Assembly: GCA_973895155.1 (NCBI GenBank)
Contig: OZ316896.1
Location: 2,976,001-3,040,000, forward strand
Length of the DNA stretch: 64,000 bases
Origin: Marsupella aquatica
Taxonomy: Eukaryota; Plantae; Marchantiophyta
Direction of reading: 5' to 3'
Each line of letters starts with the position of its first letter. The first letter of the stretch is position 1. Below the pieces are notes generated by a model that was given only the letters and a program-made list of their open reading frames with translations, made no database searches and was not told the origin of the DNA. The position numbers and the translations under genes are program-made. This document shows positions 40,197-52,800 of this stretch, piece after piece.

Positions 40197-41589
40197 AACT
40201 CCCCTTTGACTCACGTCTTGGGAGGGTTCATAACATTGTCTTTTCCTTACAAGTTCCTCCGCGGGAAGTTCAAGACAGTAGGGCCAAAAGACCCTCCCCC
40301 TAATGCAAGGGTTAACTAGAACTAAGCCGTAGCCGATAAGCCATCGGATGGAGTACTCATATAGAGATTTTTTTTGGTTAACTCTATATTTACAATATTT
40401 GTAAATAATTACAATGCCTTGAAAAACTATTGGAGTCTAATACTTTGGTAAAAGCATCTGTTGGATTAAGCTTTCCATCAATCTTGACAAGCTCAAACTC
40501 ATCATCCGATAATGCCTGTCGGATGAAATGATAGCGGACATCAATGTGCTTTACCCTACCATCCATCACCTGATTCTTGGCAGTGTAAATTGCAATTTGA
40601 CTGTCACAATGACGATAGACACAATCTTGTGATAAGCCCATCTCTGTGACAAGCTTTTTCAACCAAATGGTCTCTGATGCTGCCGCTACATACTCGGCAT
40701 CCATAGTAGACTTTGCAACACACTTTTGGAGAGTAGACTTCCAACTCATGCATCCACCAGCAAGTGTAAATATATATCCAGTTGTTGATCTCCTCTTATC
40801 CAGATCACCTGCGTAGTCTGCATCCACATAACCTTGAAGCACTTTCATATTGTTTGAACTTGCATCAAACAATAAACCCTTCTTAGTGGAACCTCTGATG
40901 TAGCGCAAAATCCATTTTACTACTTCCCAATGAACTTTTCCTGGATTTGCCATGTATCTACTTACCTTGCTAACGGCATAAGCTATGTCTAGTCGGGTGC
41001 ATACCATGAGATACATTAAACTACCCACAGCACTTTCATACTCGGGGGTCTCACTCCGCGAAAATCTCATATCACGTGCGATGAAGTATAGGGTCCGTTA
41101 ATTGGGTTTCTCGGAAGACTTAAGAAGATTTGTGTAAGAACAATAGGGCCAACTTTATATGTTGGACAACTTGTAAGAATAATAGGGATATTAATATTTT
41201 TGACTTTGTAGATGGAAGGCATACAAAGAAGTTAGGGGGTCTTTGTGTCGGACTATGTAAAGTACACGTGTCACTATGTCATTGGTACACGTGGCACACA
41301 TAACATTCCCAATATATTTTCTTAATTTTTCTAATATGTTAACATGGCAAGAATTTGAGAATGATCTGGTTTTATGGGGACTCACGTTTAGGGTTTGACC
41401 GGGATTAAGTTTGAAATTTTTCTGTTTAATGTGTCTCGTTTACCTCAATTGGCCCTTGTCAGTCTCCTCCCGTGTCGTTTCCCTCCACTATCCCTTTGGC
41501 CCCACCCGCTCTTTGCCTCAACAGAGTCTCTTTTGTTTGTACCTTGCAGCAAATGGTCTAAACGGGGTCTAAACCAGTTGTGCTCCTAT

Positions 41590-42480
41590 TTGGAGTGAAG
41601 GTCGGATCGAGCAAGAGTGTGCTCTTGACTGCACTTGGAGTGAAGGTCGGATCGAGCGAGAGTGTGCTCTTGACTACACTGCTGCTGGAGCGAAGGATCG
41701 ACTCCTGTTGTGCTCTCGACTGCACTGCTGCTGCGGCTGGAGTGAAGGATCGAGCTGCGTTGCTGCTGCGGCTGGAGTGAAGGATCAAGCTGCGTTGCTG
41801 CTGTGGCTGGAGTGAAGGATCGAGCTACATTGCTGCTGCGGCTGGAGTGAAGGATCAAGCTGCGTTGCTGCTGCGGCTGGAGTGAAGGATCAAGCAAGAT
41901 TTCTCGGAGAAGGATCGAGCTGCGTTGCTGCTGCGGCTGGAGTGAAAGATCAAGCAAGAGTTCTCGGCGAAGGATCGAGCGAAGGAGTGAAGGGGAGAGC
42001 GAGAGTGAAGGGGAGAGCGAGAGTTCTCGGCGAAGGATCGAGTGAAGCGCTGCTACTTGGAGTGAAGGGGAGAGCGAGAGTGTTGCGCTCTCGGCTGCGC
42101 TGCTGCCGTTGCTGCTTGACGTGAAGGATCGACCAAGAGTTCCTGGTTGCGCTGCTGTTTAGAGTGAAGGGGAGAGCGAGACATCTCAACTGCGCTGCTG
42201 CTTAGAGTGAAGGGGAGAGCGAGACTTCTCAGTTGCGTGCGTTGATTAGAGTGAAGGGGAGAGCGATACTTTGCGGCTGCGCTGCTGCTTGAAGTGAACC
42301 CGGGAGTGAAGGATCGAGCGAGAGTGTTGCGCTCCGGGAGGTGGGTGTCGGGAGTGTTGCATTGCTGCTTGCTAAAATGGGAGCTGCTAGCTTGCTGAAA
42401 CGGGAGGTGGCTACTGCAGGGAGTGTTGCGATATCTCAAACCGGAGTGCCAGGAGTGGAGCTACATTGCTGCGTTGCTCA
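41590..42480. repeat. Subterminal minisatellite (~39-bp unit GGAGTGAAGGATCGAGCTGCGTTGCTGCTGCGGCT) in P-like element
   Basis: Many tandem GAGTGAAGG units grading into variants. Confidence 0.9.
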
Positions 42481-44030
42481 ACCGAGAGGTAGGCGCTGCC
42501 TGCTTTGATGATCATACTTGCTTGCTTGCTACTATTTGACACCCAAATCTATCACGCATGGCACACCTAGAGTCGATCTGGTAGCGGTCATAGACGAGGA
42601 AGCACCTGATCTGCCCGTTTAGCTTTTCAGCTATAAAATTCCTGTTCTGAGCTCCGTGAATGGCGATAAGCTCTTTGAGTATTTTGTCCTCCAGAGCTTG
42701 CCATGCCCTCGTAGATAAGGTTTGGAGCCACTGTGAGATCCAGCTCCAACTTCCCAGCCAAATACTAGCTCAGTATTGTCGTCATTTGTCTCGACGTTGT
42801 CCATACTCATCTCTCCTTCTGTGTCCGCATCGACGACTTGACGCACATGTTTTTTGGATGCATCGTTAGAGTAACCGCGAGTACAGGTCTCCAACGATTG
42901 CACTTGCCATGATTGACCACCTTACATGATCTCCATCCGTGGGCTGGACCCCAGGAAAAAAATCTCGTAACTTGACTTCTGTCATCCCCCACACACCCGC
43001 ACAAATCTGGTTCTCTATTACATGCCTTGGTGTCCCGTCGGCTGGTTCCTGCGATTTTCTTTAAGTCATCTAGAAGAGAAGACTTCTTTAAGTGTTTACT
43101 CAACCAGGGGGGACCACAGCCTCCAGCCATACTAGGTGGTGGGCCTGGTCAAGACGTGGATGACACTCGTGCTTGATTTTAAATTCTCTTTTGTTTCTCA
43201 AGCTTCTGGGCAAGGGCATTACCATTCTGGATTCTGAACTTGATCCTATTCAGGTTAGCTATTCAGGTCTGTTGAGCGATTGGGTTATTATTTTATTGCT
43301 GTAGTAACATGCATGGCCAATTGGTTGTCTTCATGTAATGGGAATTTTTTGAAACTTAGAAATTGAATGGTGGTTTCAATTTTGTTCACAGGTTGCAAAA
43401 GGAATTGTAGAGGTTGTCATCAGCGCTTGCAGCAGTGAGCACCAACACTTGCGGTGAAGCAGTTTGCTAGAACACATAGTGTACCTAGTGAATTGTAAGT
43501 TGCCTGTCATTGCACGTCTAATCGTCTGGCCATTCACCGAGTATAAAAAAATAGTGCCATGGCTATATTGGGCATTACATTAGAAGCGAATTATGAGAAG
43601 CTCCTTCTGCAGCATCCAGATGAATGCTGTTGGTGTGAACCTTGTGTCAAGTGCAGGGTTGGTGATGGGAATTTTGAATGGTTCCATTGCTTCTACTTGA
43701 AAATGTGTGGAAGACTTGTTACTAGGACATACATGGGAAAGCATGGCAAAGTTGTCACACGTCGCTGGAAGTGCTCTTGTATAAGGCCAACCATTTGGCC
43801 TCAAAATGAGTGTCTTTTACGCAAGATTGTCATCCCGGACACGCTTGACATTGTAGTCCCTGATAGTATTCCACATTCAACTGAACTTGATATTGTAGCC
43901 CCAGATAGTATTCCAGATCAAGCTAAGGTTACAACCCATGGATGCTTGACATTGTAGTCCCTGATAGTACATGGATGCGTTGTTCATATATGACTAGGCC
44001 TTTGTTTGCAAGGCTGCAATTGTACCATCC

Positions 44031-47000
44031 ATGATATATGAGAATATTTTTCATTCCCATTATGTATATCTGTGTTGGTCAAATAATCCATTAATACGCA
44101 AAGTTGGGGATGACAAGGCTGATTTACCAATCTGTGTTTTGTCATTCAAAGAAGGACACACCCTACATGATTTTAGGGCTCGTATTGCCTCTACTCTAGA
44201 CTTTGACTTTGATTTTTGGGATGAGAGACTTCCTGGTTGAGTGAAACTTGAAATTAATTGATCTGTCTGAGCTGGATGGAAGAGTTATTGTTGTACAACA
44301 AGAACTTGGAGATGGTGGGAGGATCCCACCAGTACCCTGTCATCCTTGCACTCCTGCATCATTGGGTCCAAATACTGGGACACCACAACTGGGGCCAACA
44401 GCACTAGCACCCTCCCCTGTAAGGGCTTCTTTTGAGTCACAATTGATGGGAGATGTCCCATCAAAGCTATGGAAAGATGAGTGGATGAGGTTAGAGAAAT
44501 GGGTACATAAGAAGGGTTATGGTGATCACAATTGGAGAATTCGTACCTGGGATGAGGGGACAGATGTTCGAGGGCATCTGGAGTGTCTTGAATGTAGGGA
44601 AACTTATGGCAATGCAGACAACTCTCAGAAGCCTAAATCCATCTTCGATTGCTTTAGTAATTTTAAGACCAAACACTTGGTCTTCAATAAGCACAAGGAT
44701 AACTATTGTCGGAGAAGGGGCATTCCTTCTACTTTGGTTCAGGTAGCAGACATCTCTGAGAAGCCAGAATATGATCATGCAGACGCCATCAAAGTAGGTG
44801 TTGAGATAGTTCAGCGATTGAATGCTGAGCTTGGGGATGATGGCAAACTATTCTCTATTGTTCCTGATCCCAGTACTCCTGAGTATGTAAACAGGTCTTT
44901 CCTGTTTAAGGTTCGCTGTACTATCTGTGGAATGCTTCACACTGACTTGTGCCCCAAGAAGCTTACCTTGGAGCCCAATTTGAGGACACACTTAGTGAGT
45001 CGAGATCACTTGGATGCATTGGAGACTAGGCATGACACAAAAATGCTTGCCTTGAGGTCTGGGAAGAGGGGCAGGCCAAAGAGGACTGATTCTAGGGACC
45101 TACATCCTGGTCAGAGCGGGATTTTGAAGTTCTTTAAAGATGATGGGTCCCGGACAGGCAGCAGTTCAGGTTCAGGTTCAGGTGTGTGTGAATCTGTTGA
45201 TCTTGGTCTGAGTTTGCTTTGCTGGGGATTATGGGTAGAGAGAGGTGTGCCTCGACTGTTATGGAAGGGTATATCTTATGATAGTTCTGGCATTTTAGAT
45301 GATCAGTCTAGGGGAATTACATGGCATTGTGAGCCAAGTTGTTGCTTGGATGTTTTCCATCCAAGTAGAGAGAGTGTTGTGAGTATAGCAGGCTATTTTA
45401 GACACAAGGATTGCTTGAGGTTATCACAGAATGGAGGAGGATTTGAAAATCTAACTTGTAGTGAATGTGATTCTATAACACTAGAAGATGATTTTCATGG
45501 ACGGGTGCACAGGGAAGCGGAAGCAGTAGTCCACAAAGGGAGCCGAACCACTGCTGGTGGTATACGTTTGGATTATTTGACCAACACAGAGTTAAGAGAT
45601 CAAGTGCACAACCTGAACTCTGTGCGATGAAAAGAGCGTTGGTTGTTAGCTTTGCAGGCTCAGAAAGTATGTGCCTTGAGCACCAGGAAATGAAAACTAG
45701 AGGAGTTGTTAGGAGTTGCAGCAGACAGGAAGGATTTGAGATTGTTTCTTAGGAGTATTTTGAATGGACACAGGAATGGTGCATTTGGTGGTAAGGAGGG
45801 TTTGTGGGATTTCTTGAAGGATGTAGCTCGCAATTTAGGCAGGAAGCCAAAAGGTAATCGTTACAGTAATAGGACTCGAGCTATTGCTCAGGCTATGTTC
45901 CAATTTGGGGGCCGTCAAGTTGCTCATTGTTTTGCACGAAACTTGACAGCCCCTAGCCTTGTGACCCTAAAACGTGATAGAGCAAAACTCACACCTTTTT
46001 GAACCAGGTTACGGAAGGAAACCTTTCAGGAGATTGCTAGAGTGTTGTCTGCTGCAAAGCACTCATTGGGCATTGAGGGGGATGTGCCTGTTATCTTTGC
46101 TGAGGATGAAACAAGGATCAAAGAACGCCCTAGGTAATTGGAACTGGACATTTTTCCAATTGTTTTTTTAATGACTTTACAAGTAGCACTTGGCTGGAAT
46201 TGCTGTGATATTGAAAAATTGCATGTCTGTGTTTCAGGTGGGAGGCAAAGTATGATATTCTCATTGATTTCTGTGGACCTTCAGAGCAGCATGTATGCTC
46301 CTATGGTTTGGAAATTCTAGTTGGTGAAGGTGATGAGGGGTATGATAAAATTGTAAGTACATTTGAACAATGCCCCAAGTGCATGTATGCTCGAGTTGTG
46401 ATTGTGAATCCTTTGCATGAGTCCTTACCTAAATTGGCTGTGTGTGCACTTCCAACTTGTAATAAGTTCACAGCTTCTTGGGTACGAGAGCATTGGGTCC
46501 AATTAAAGGCTTTTTGGGATGAATATTGTAGAGCTATGGTAGGCCCTTTGCTTGGACATGCTAGTGATGGTGATGCACGTCGCCGAAAGCTGATGCTGGA
46601 AGATTACAGAGGGCAGAATGGATCATACCCAAGGTACGGAGTTGGGTGGGAAGGGTGGACATACTCTGTTTCAATTCTACCAAATGGAGATTTGTATGGC
46701 TTTGGTGACCAAGACCAACCTCATAATGGGAAAAAGATGATAAACCCCTTAGACAGAGTGTCTTCTTTACTGGTGCTAGGAGATCAACATGCATCTTTAT
46801 CTTATGTAGCTAATGTCTACAATCATTATCCAATTCATAAACATGGCATGGCTTGGGATGATGTGAATAGGACTGACCGGCAGAATTGGGCAGGTCCACA
46901 ATGAATAGCAGCAAGAAGAGTGCAGCAATGTCTGAAAGATATGTATGAGAGGAGAGATGTATGACATGAACGGAGTTTAGGATCTCAGTTGTACTTGGAG

Positions 47001-48629
47001 ATTTGTGCAGATTACTTAGATATTTTCTTTTCTCCAGTTCATGATTTGAGGTCCCATATTGTGTTAGCATCCAAGGTTTCATTCTTTCTACGTTTGTGGA
47101 GATTGTGGTTGAGGTTCGGTGACCATTTAGTGGGTGGGAACTTTGCAGCACACACTGAGAAAGACATGATGTCTATTCAGGCTTTTCATGATGTTAACAT
47201 GTCATGTCATTTCATTGTGCTGTTAATTTGTGCCTTTCGAGATAAGTTCCCACATCTAGGTGTTCCCTTCCACTTGCTAGGTTCGGATTGTTGTGAGATT
47301 TTCTTCAGCAAGGTAGGAGGCATGAGTGGCCATGAGCAAAATTATGATTTTGGCTCTCTGTTGGATAGTGCTGTTGGACTGAACCGGCTTGCTGCCCTAG
47401 AATATGGACCAGAAGGCTTGAAGATAGGTCATTCACATAAGAAACAAGATCATGTATGGGGGAAGATTCATCCTATAGGGGAAGGGGAGGAAGCACCAAA
47501 TCTACTTGACTATTCTCTCATTGAGACTAATGAATTAGTGGTTGCAGCCCTTAAAGAAGGTTTTGTTGCTGCTAAGGATCTTATGCATCAATTGCAGATG
47601 TCTCCACGAAGTTCCTTACCAGCAGCTAGAAAGAGATGGTGGACATGTCCTTGGGTTGTGGAAAGTGAGACCTGGCCACTACAGGTGGTTCTGAAGGAAG
47701 CAATTGTTTGCAATGATTCTGAGGAGCAAGTAGAGCACCAACCACCAGACAAAGGTCCTCGCCCAACTGGAGATTTTCATGAATTGGAAGATCCTGAGGA
47801 TGATCTGAATAGAATAGATGCATGGTTAACAGAACCAGATCCCATTGTTGTTCCTAAGATGCATTCAGATGATGTACACAGAGATGATATACAGTTTGAT
47901 GTAGACCCCTCAGATGAGCTTGAGACATTAGGTCATGAAGTTCGGCATGTGTTTGGATCAGTTGTCCATGCTGTAACTAATGTGCAGAATCGTACCAAGG
48001 TAGTGCCTACTGTTACTTATGAAGGCAAGGTGATTTACAAATCCACTCTGGTAAGCCAGTTGGTAGGAAATCCGCATTTGTCAAAAGATAGGCTGACAAG
48101 GGTGAAACAAGTGCTATACTATAGTACTGGCAAGAGAAAAGTGCAAGAAGTCAATCCTAACTCATGTTTTGTTGATGTTGGCACTGATTGTGCAATTGCA
48201 TTTGAGTCTGATGATAATCCTGCTCCAAGTACTAGATCTGGAAAAAGAAAGGGAGGAAAGAATAAGGTTGTGGTGGAGGCAATCTCAGCAGATAAGAAAT
48301 ATTTTTGATTGGGTCAGATTGTCCAAATGAGACAGAAGTATGGCAGTAGGTGGGGCAATTGTTAGTCACCAATTGATTTGATGGATAGGCCAACTCCACT
48401 CGTAGGGCAATCAGGTAACATTTGTGAACTGTTGTTAAATTGGTATAGTCCTATTGGTAAGAGCAAAAGTGAATTCAGATATGATACCACTGATTTGATA
48501 TGGATGGATATTGAAATGGTCATTGCTAGTGTTGGTTTAACCATGAAAGAAGGGGTTATGGATCGTATCTATGTGTTGGATCCAATACATAGACGTGCTT
48601 TGGATCAGTATCTTCAAACAATGGTATGA
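44031..48629 (+). pseudogene. P-element-like DDE transposase with N-terminal C2H2-like Zn fingers and AT-hook, disrupted by stops and frameshift
   Basis: GNRYSNRTRAIA...NLTAPSLVTLKR resembles the P-type helical region. Catalytic candidates are AEDETRIK (~46100, joined to WEAKYD over a GT-AG intron at ~46134-46237), HASDGD, DQPHNGKK (DxxH), DRQN and SDCCEIFFSKVGG. N-terminal CLEC...KH...H, CTIC...THLVSRDH and KRGRPKR. Confidence 0.8.
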
Positions 48630-48715
48630 ATATCATGCTACTGTTTAGTTTTTGAGAGTCTGTATATATGTTTTATTTTGTTAATATTAGTGGGTGTAGT
48701 GGGATAGGATAGGGG

Positions 48716-48775
48716 GTGACGGACTGGCAACTTGAGATCCTTTCTCAATTAGGGGTTCAATTCCCCTCCGTCACA
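48716..48775 (+). ncRNA. tRNA-like structure lacking a D-arm (not a canonical tRNA)
   Basis: GTGACGG/CCGTCAC 7-bp acceptor; TTGAG-ATCCTTT-CTCAA 5-bp stem with 7-nt loop; AGGGG-TTCAATT-CCCCT T-arm containing the B box GGTTCAATTCC; A-box-like GGGTGTAGTGG at ~48692. Confidence 0.5.
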
Positions 48776-49548
48776 TGTTACATCTCTCAACATAAGTTTT
48801 AAATGGAGTATGGATGGAGCATGGGATTGGTGATCAATGGGTGGAATGGATTATTTATGTTGTGACCTTAAAGGCCATCCCACTTATGCACGTAAGGTTT
48901 ATATTGGGATGACCTTTTAGGTACACAATATAAATGATGCATTGAAATGATCAAAGTTTAAGGTCGACAAAGGTGCAAGAACTGTTGCAGGGCGTGCCAT
49001 GTCTGACATACGACTTCACAAGGTACTGACATAGACTTATCTTTTCTTTCTAGGCATTTTTATTGATATGTGACACTTTACTTCACAAATTATAGGGGCA
49101 ATACAATTTGGATTTTAGACTCTTAGAAGAAAGAAAGAGGGAGGAAAAAAAAATTTCAACTTAATAAGTATGGTGGTCTAGGCATGAAAACGTCGCAGGT
49201 GATGGGGGGGTCCTCCATATAGTGAGACCCCCGAGCTTTCATAAGGAACTTTGGACATCAAACTTTTTTCTGTCGCATCCGATGGACAAAATGTTGCAGA
49301 AATATTGAAATGCCTTCCCAAAGGAACACTCACAGCCTTAGCATCTGTCATGTTGAATTTTGAGAGTACTTTCTCTGCATATCTTTTCTGCGTCAGCCAA
49401 AGTTTGGCTTTGTTAACATCCCTGACAATCTCCATGCCTAGGATCCTCTTGGCTGTGCCCAAATCCTTCATCTTAAACTCAGAACTGAGTTGGGTCTTAA
49501 GCTTATCAACTTCGCCCCTATCCTGTGCTGCAATGAGCATGTCATCCA

Positions 49549-49845
49549 CTCGGGGGTCTCACTATATGGGGACCTCCCCATCGCCTGCGACGTTTTTAAG
49601 CCTCGGACCCCCTGAAATGTAAGAATTTTTATTTTATTTTTAACCCCTATAAAGTTGGAATATTCTTGGAATATTCTAAAAATTGGATTAAAAAGACCCT
49701 GATATTCTTATAAGTCTCAAAATTAAATTTAAACGACCCTATTGTTATTCTACAAAAATTCTTAAGTCTTCCCTTAGAACCAATAAAATGACCCTATCCT
49801 TCGTCGCACGTGATATGCTATTTTTGTGGAAGTGAAACCCCCGAG
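49549..49845 (-). mobile_element. 297-bp MITE of the P-like element family
   Basis: TIR CTCGGGGGTCTCACT / AGTGAAACCCCCGAG and perfect 8-bp TSD GTCATCCA. Both subterminal regions are homologous to the ends of the 41041-49235 element, in opposite orientation. Confidence 0.95.
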
Positions 49846-52800
49846 GTCATCCACATAAAGTACAAGGATGACAAACTTAAAACCTGTGTTGTTCACACGC
49901 CTTATGTAAACACATGGATCGTACATGCTTCGCACAAATCCAAGCGATTTCAAAAATTCATCAAAATGCTTGTTCCACTGCCTTGGGCTCTGCTTTAATC
50001 CATACAAGGATTTTAGTAACCTGCATACCAAATTTTCCTTGCCCTTTTGCACAAAATCCTCTGGTTGCCTCGTGTAAATCATCTCATCCAACGATCCATA
50101 TAAGAATGCCGTGACAACATCCATTTGATCTAAAACCAGATCAAATAAAACTACAAGAGCACATAGCAAACGTATTGTTGAATACTTTGTTACGGGTGAA
50201 AAAACCTCATTGTAGTCTATACCTTTCTGTTGAGTAAAACCCTTGGCTACCAACCGAACCTTAAATATCTTCTCAACATCCTCCCTGGGTCCATCTTTCT
50301 TCCTATGCACCCACTTGTTGTCAATAGCCTGCTTGTCACTAGGTAGACTTGTGAGTTCCCAAGTCTTGTTATCATGAAGTGATTTTATTTCCATGCGCAT
50401 CGCCACCTGCCACTGTTGCTTCTCCATAGAAGCTAGGACCTCTCAAAATGAGGATGGATCTCTATCTTCTGTCACCAATGCATCAATAGATTCTTCATCC
50501 AAATCCACATGATCAGAAGGAAGCCAAGTTCCATACCTTTCCCGGGCTTTATGTTTACAAGTTCCTCTTCGCACTGAAGACTCTGGCTGATCTCATTGTA
50601 GTGCGCTTTGCCTTAAAGTAATGTCAACATATTCTTCATTTGACACATCCTCTTCTCTTAAATCCTCTAGAGGAGGAGATTGCTCTTTGTTAGTAGTAGG
50701 GAATTGATCTATCTCCCCCTCCTTCAATGATTTTTCTTCATTGAAGGATACATCCCGACTAACAAGTAACTTGCAATCAACTGGATCCCACAACCGATAA
50801 CCTTTAACTTCACGCTGATAACCAAGAAAAATGCATTTCTGGGCTCTAGGATCTAGCTTAGTCCTATTGTTGCTAGGAACATGTGCATATGCTTCACAGC
50901 CAAAAACCCTAAGCTTTGAATAATCAGCAGGTTGATTGTACCATAGCTCAAAGGGGGTTTTGTAAGTAATTGCCTGACTAGGAGAGAGATTTACTAGATA
51001 AGCAACTATGTTGACAGCTTTTGCCCAAAAGATTTGTGGCAATTTAGAGTGGCTCAACATGCTCCTTGCTCGCTCCAACAATATGCGGTTGAGTCGCTCA
51101 GCAACACCATTTTGCTCAAGAGTGTACACAGTTGTGAGATGGTGAGTAATTCCCTTATTTGCACAATACGTGTTGAACTCGCCAGAGGTGTATTCACCAC
51201 CATTATCTGATCGTAGATATATCACATTCTTTGTAGTCTGTGTCTCAACTTGAGCTATCCATTGTTTGAAGATGGAAAGCACTTCAAATTTATGGGCAAT
51301 GAAATAAATCCAAACAAACCTTGAGTAATCATCGATAAACGATACATAGTATTTTTTGCCTGAATGTGAGGAAACCGGAGTAGGACCCCACACATCGGAA
51401 TGAATATACTCAAGTACAACTTTAGAATGATGAATGGCAGTCAGAAATGGAGTTCTTGTTTTCTTGCTGACAATGCAATGATCACAAAAACTCAACTTGC
51501 ATGCTTGCAATCCTGGTAGGAGATGTCGCTTGTGTAGGATTTCCAAACTTTTTTCACTCATGTGACCAAGCCGAGCATGCCATAAATTGATTTTCTCCTC
51601 CTGAGATGTGACCAAATTGACTTTGACAAGAAGTGTGATACCTTCCAAGACATAGATGTTTATTTTCTTCTTGCCAATAAGAACTTCAGTTGATCCATGT
51701 GTGACTGTTAACACCCCATCAGTTGCACTCCATTGATAACCCTTCGCATCCAAGTAACCAAGAGAAATCAAATTCTTACACATTTCTGGAATGTGTGGTC
51801 AAATGCAAGCTTGAGGGGGGCAAAAAGGATATCCAAAATCTCCACCAAAAGGATTCCAGTCCTTCCCTTTTTTCAAGGGATGGACAAGGTGTTACACCTA
51901 ATGGCATGGATTGCTTTATTGAGAATAGAAGGTGGGATCTTCCCCTCACATCCAGCAGTCCATTTGGAAGCGTGCTAGGAGGTTTGATTAGGAGTAGCGT
52001 CCATTAATGATTCAATGGTTAAGGAAAAAAGGACTTAAAAGGAAGTCCAAGTGGTAATGAATACCAATGAAACAGGATTTAAGTAGCGATTTGAATTTCA
52101 AAATACTTAATTACGCGTAGACTAAGAAGTCCTAGCTAGGCTCAGCTAGGACTCTACGGAAGAGGCAGGGAGCCATGAGAATTGAAGGGCTATCGACTAT
52201 CTGTGGTAATGTTTTGCGGGTTTGCTTCAGGAGTTTTACTAGAGAGCTTCTGGCCTCAAGCGGATTCGACGAATTCTAAAGATCATCCATAGAACTAGCA
52301 AAAAGCTTGGCGACCGTCTTGTGCAATATAGGGTATTCACCTCGTTAGTAAAGGGTAAGCCGCGTGACATCTCAATCTTGTTAGACTCCATTTTTTGTTT
52401 GCTTGAGTGCGGGTATTCCCACATGAATTTGTGCCATCTAGAGCCTCATTTAACTTGGACCATGGCCTCTTTAACTTATGAAATATTGTTTTGAACTTAC
52501 GTTCAAAAGCTCATCGTGTTGTAGGAGCTGCCATCAATTTTAGCGAGATGCCACCAGTGCGGCGCCAAGCGGGGCGCCAAGATGAATCCCAAGAAGAGAA
52601 AGAAAAAAGAGAACGGTGTCCGGGTGACCGTATTTTCTGGCAAGAGCATGTTGGCTCTTTTGAAATTAACCTTGCATGCTCATAAGTTCTACACTAAAAT
52701 CAAAATGATAATTTTAGTAACAAGGGTAGTGGGTATTAAGAAAGGTTCAGGTGAAATTAAAATACTGTTAAACCCTACTTCACCATACTTGCGGACCAAC

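Larger units (their letters stand above)
41041..49235 (+). mobile_element. 8.2-kb cut-and-paste DNA transposon, P-superfamily-like
   Basis: Perfect 15-bp TIR CTCGGGGGTCTCACT / AGTGAGACCCCCGAG. Perfect 8-bp TSD CTTTCATA (41033-41040, 49236-49243), which occurs once in the uninterrupted copia at ~24918. Confidence 0.95.
39873..51796 (-). mobile_element. Second copia copy of the same family (3' LTR + pol), interrupted by three DNA-transposon insertions; 5' part not in window
   Basis: LTR 39873-40196 matches the reverse complement of the 21174 LTR with an adjacent PPT. Pol pieces 40390-41040, 49236-49548 and 49846-51796 rejoin once the insertions and TSDs are removed. Confidence 0.95.

Noticed and set aside
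41558-42439. Repeat array and Gln/Ser-rich ORFs, superficially CRISPR-like
   Set aside because: Contiguous degenerate tandem units with no unique spacers and no cas genes, in a eukaryotic transposon context.
48716-48775. Functional tRNA-Arg(CCT) gene
   Set aside because: No D-arm and atypical anticodon-loop bases; kept only as a tRNA-like structure.
41041-49235. hAT or KDZ/Zisupton classification based on the 8-bp TSD
   Set aside because: No hAT dimerisation or BED motifs and no KDZ CxC/CxH pattern were recognised; the catalytic motifs fit the P superfamily better.
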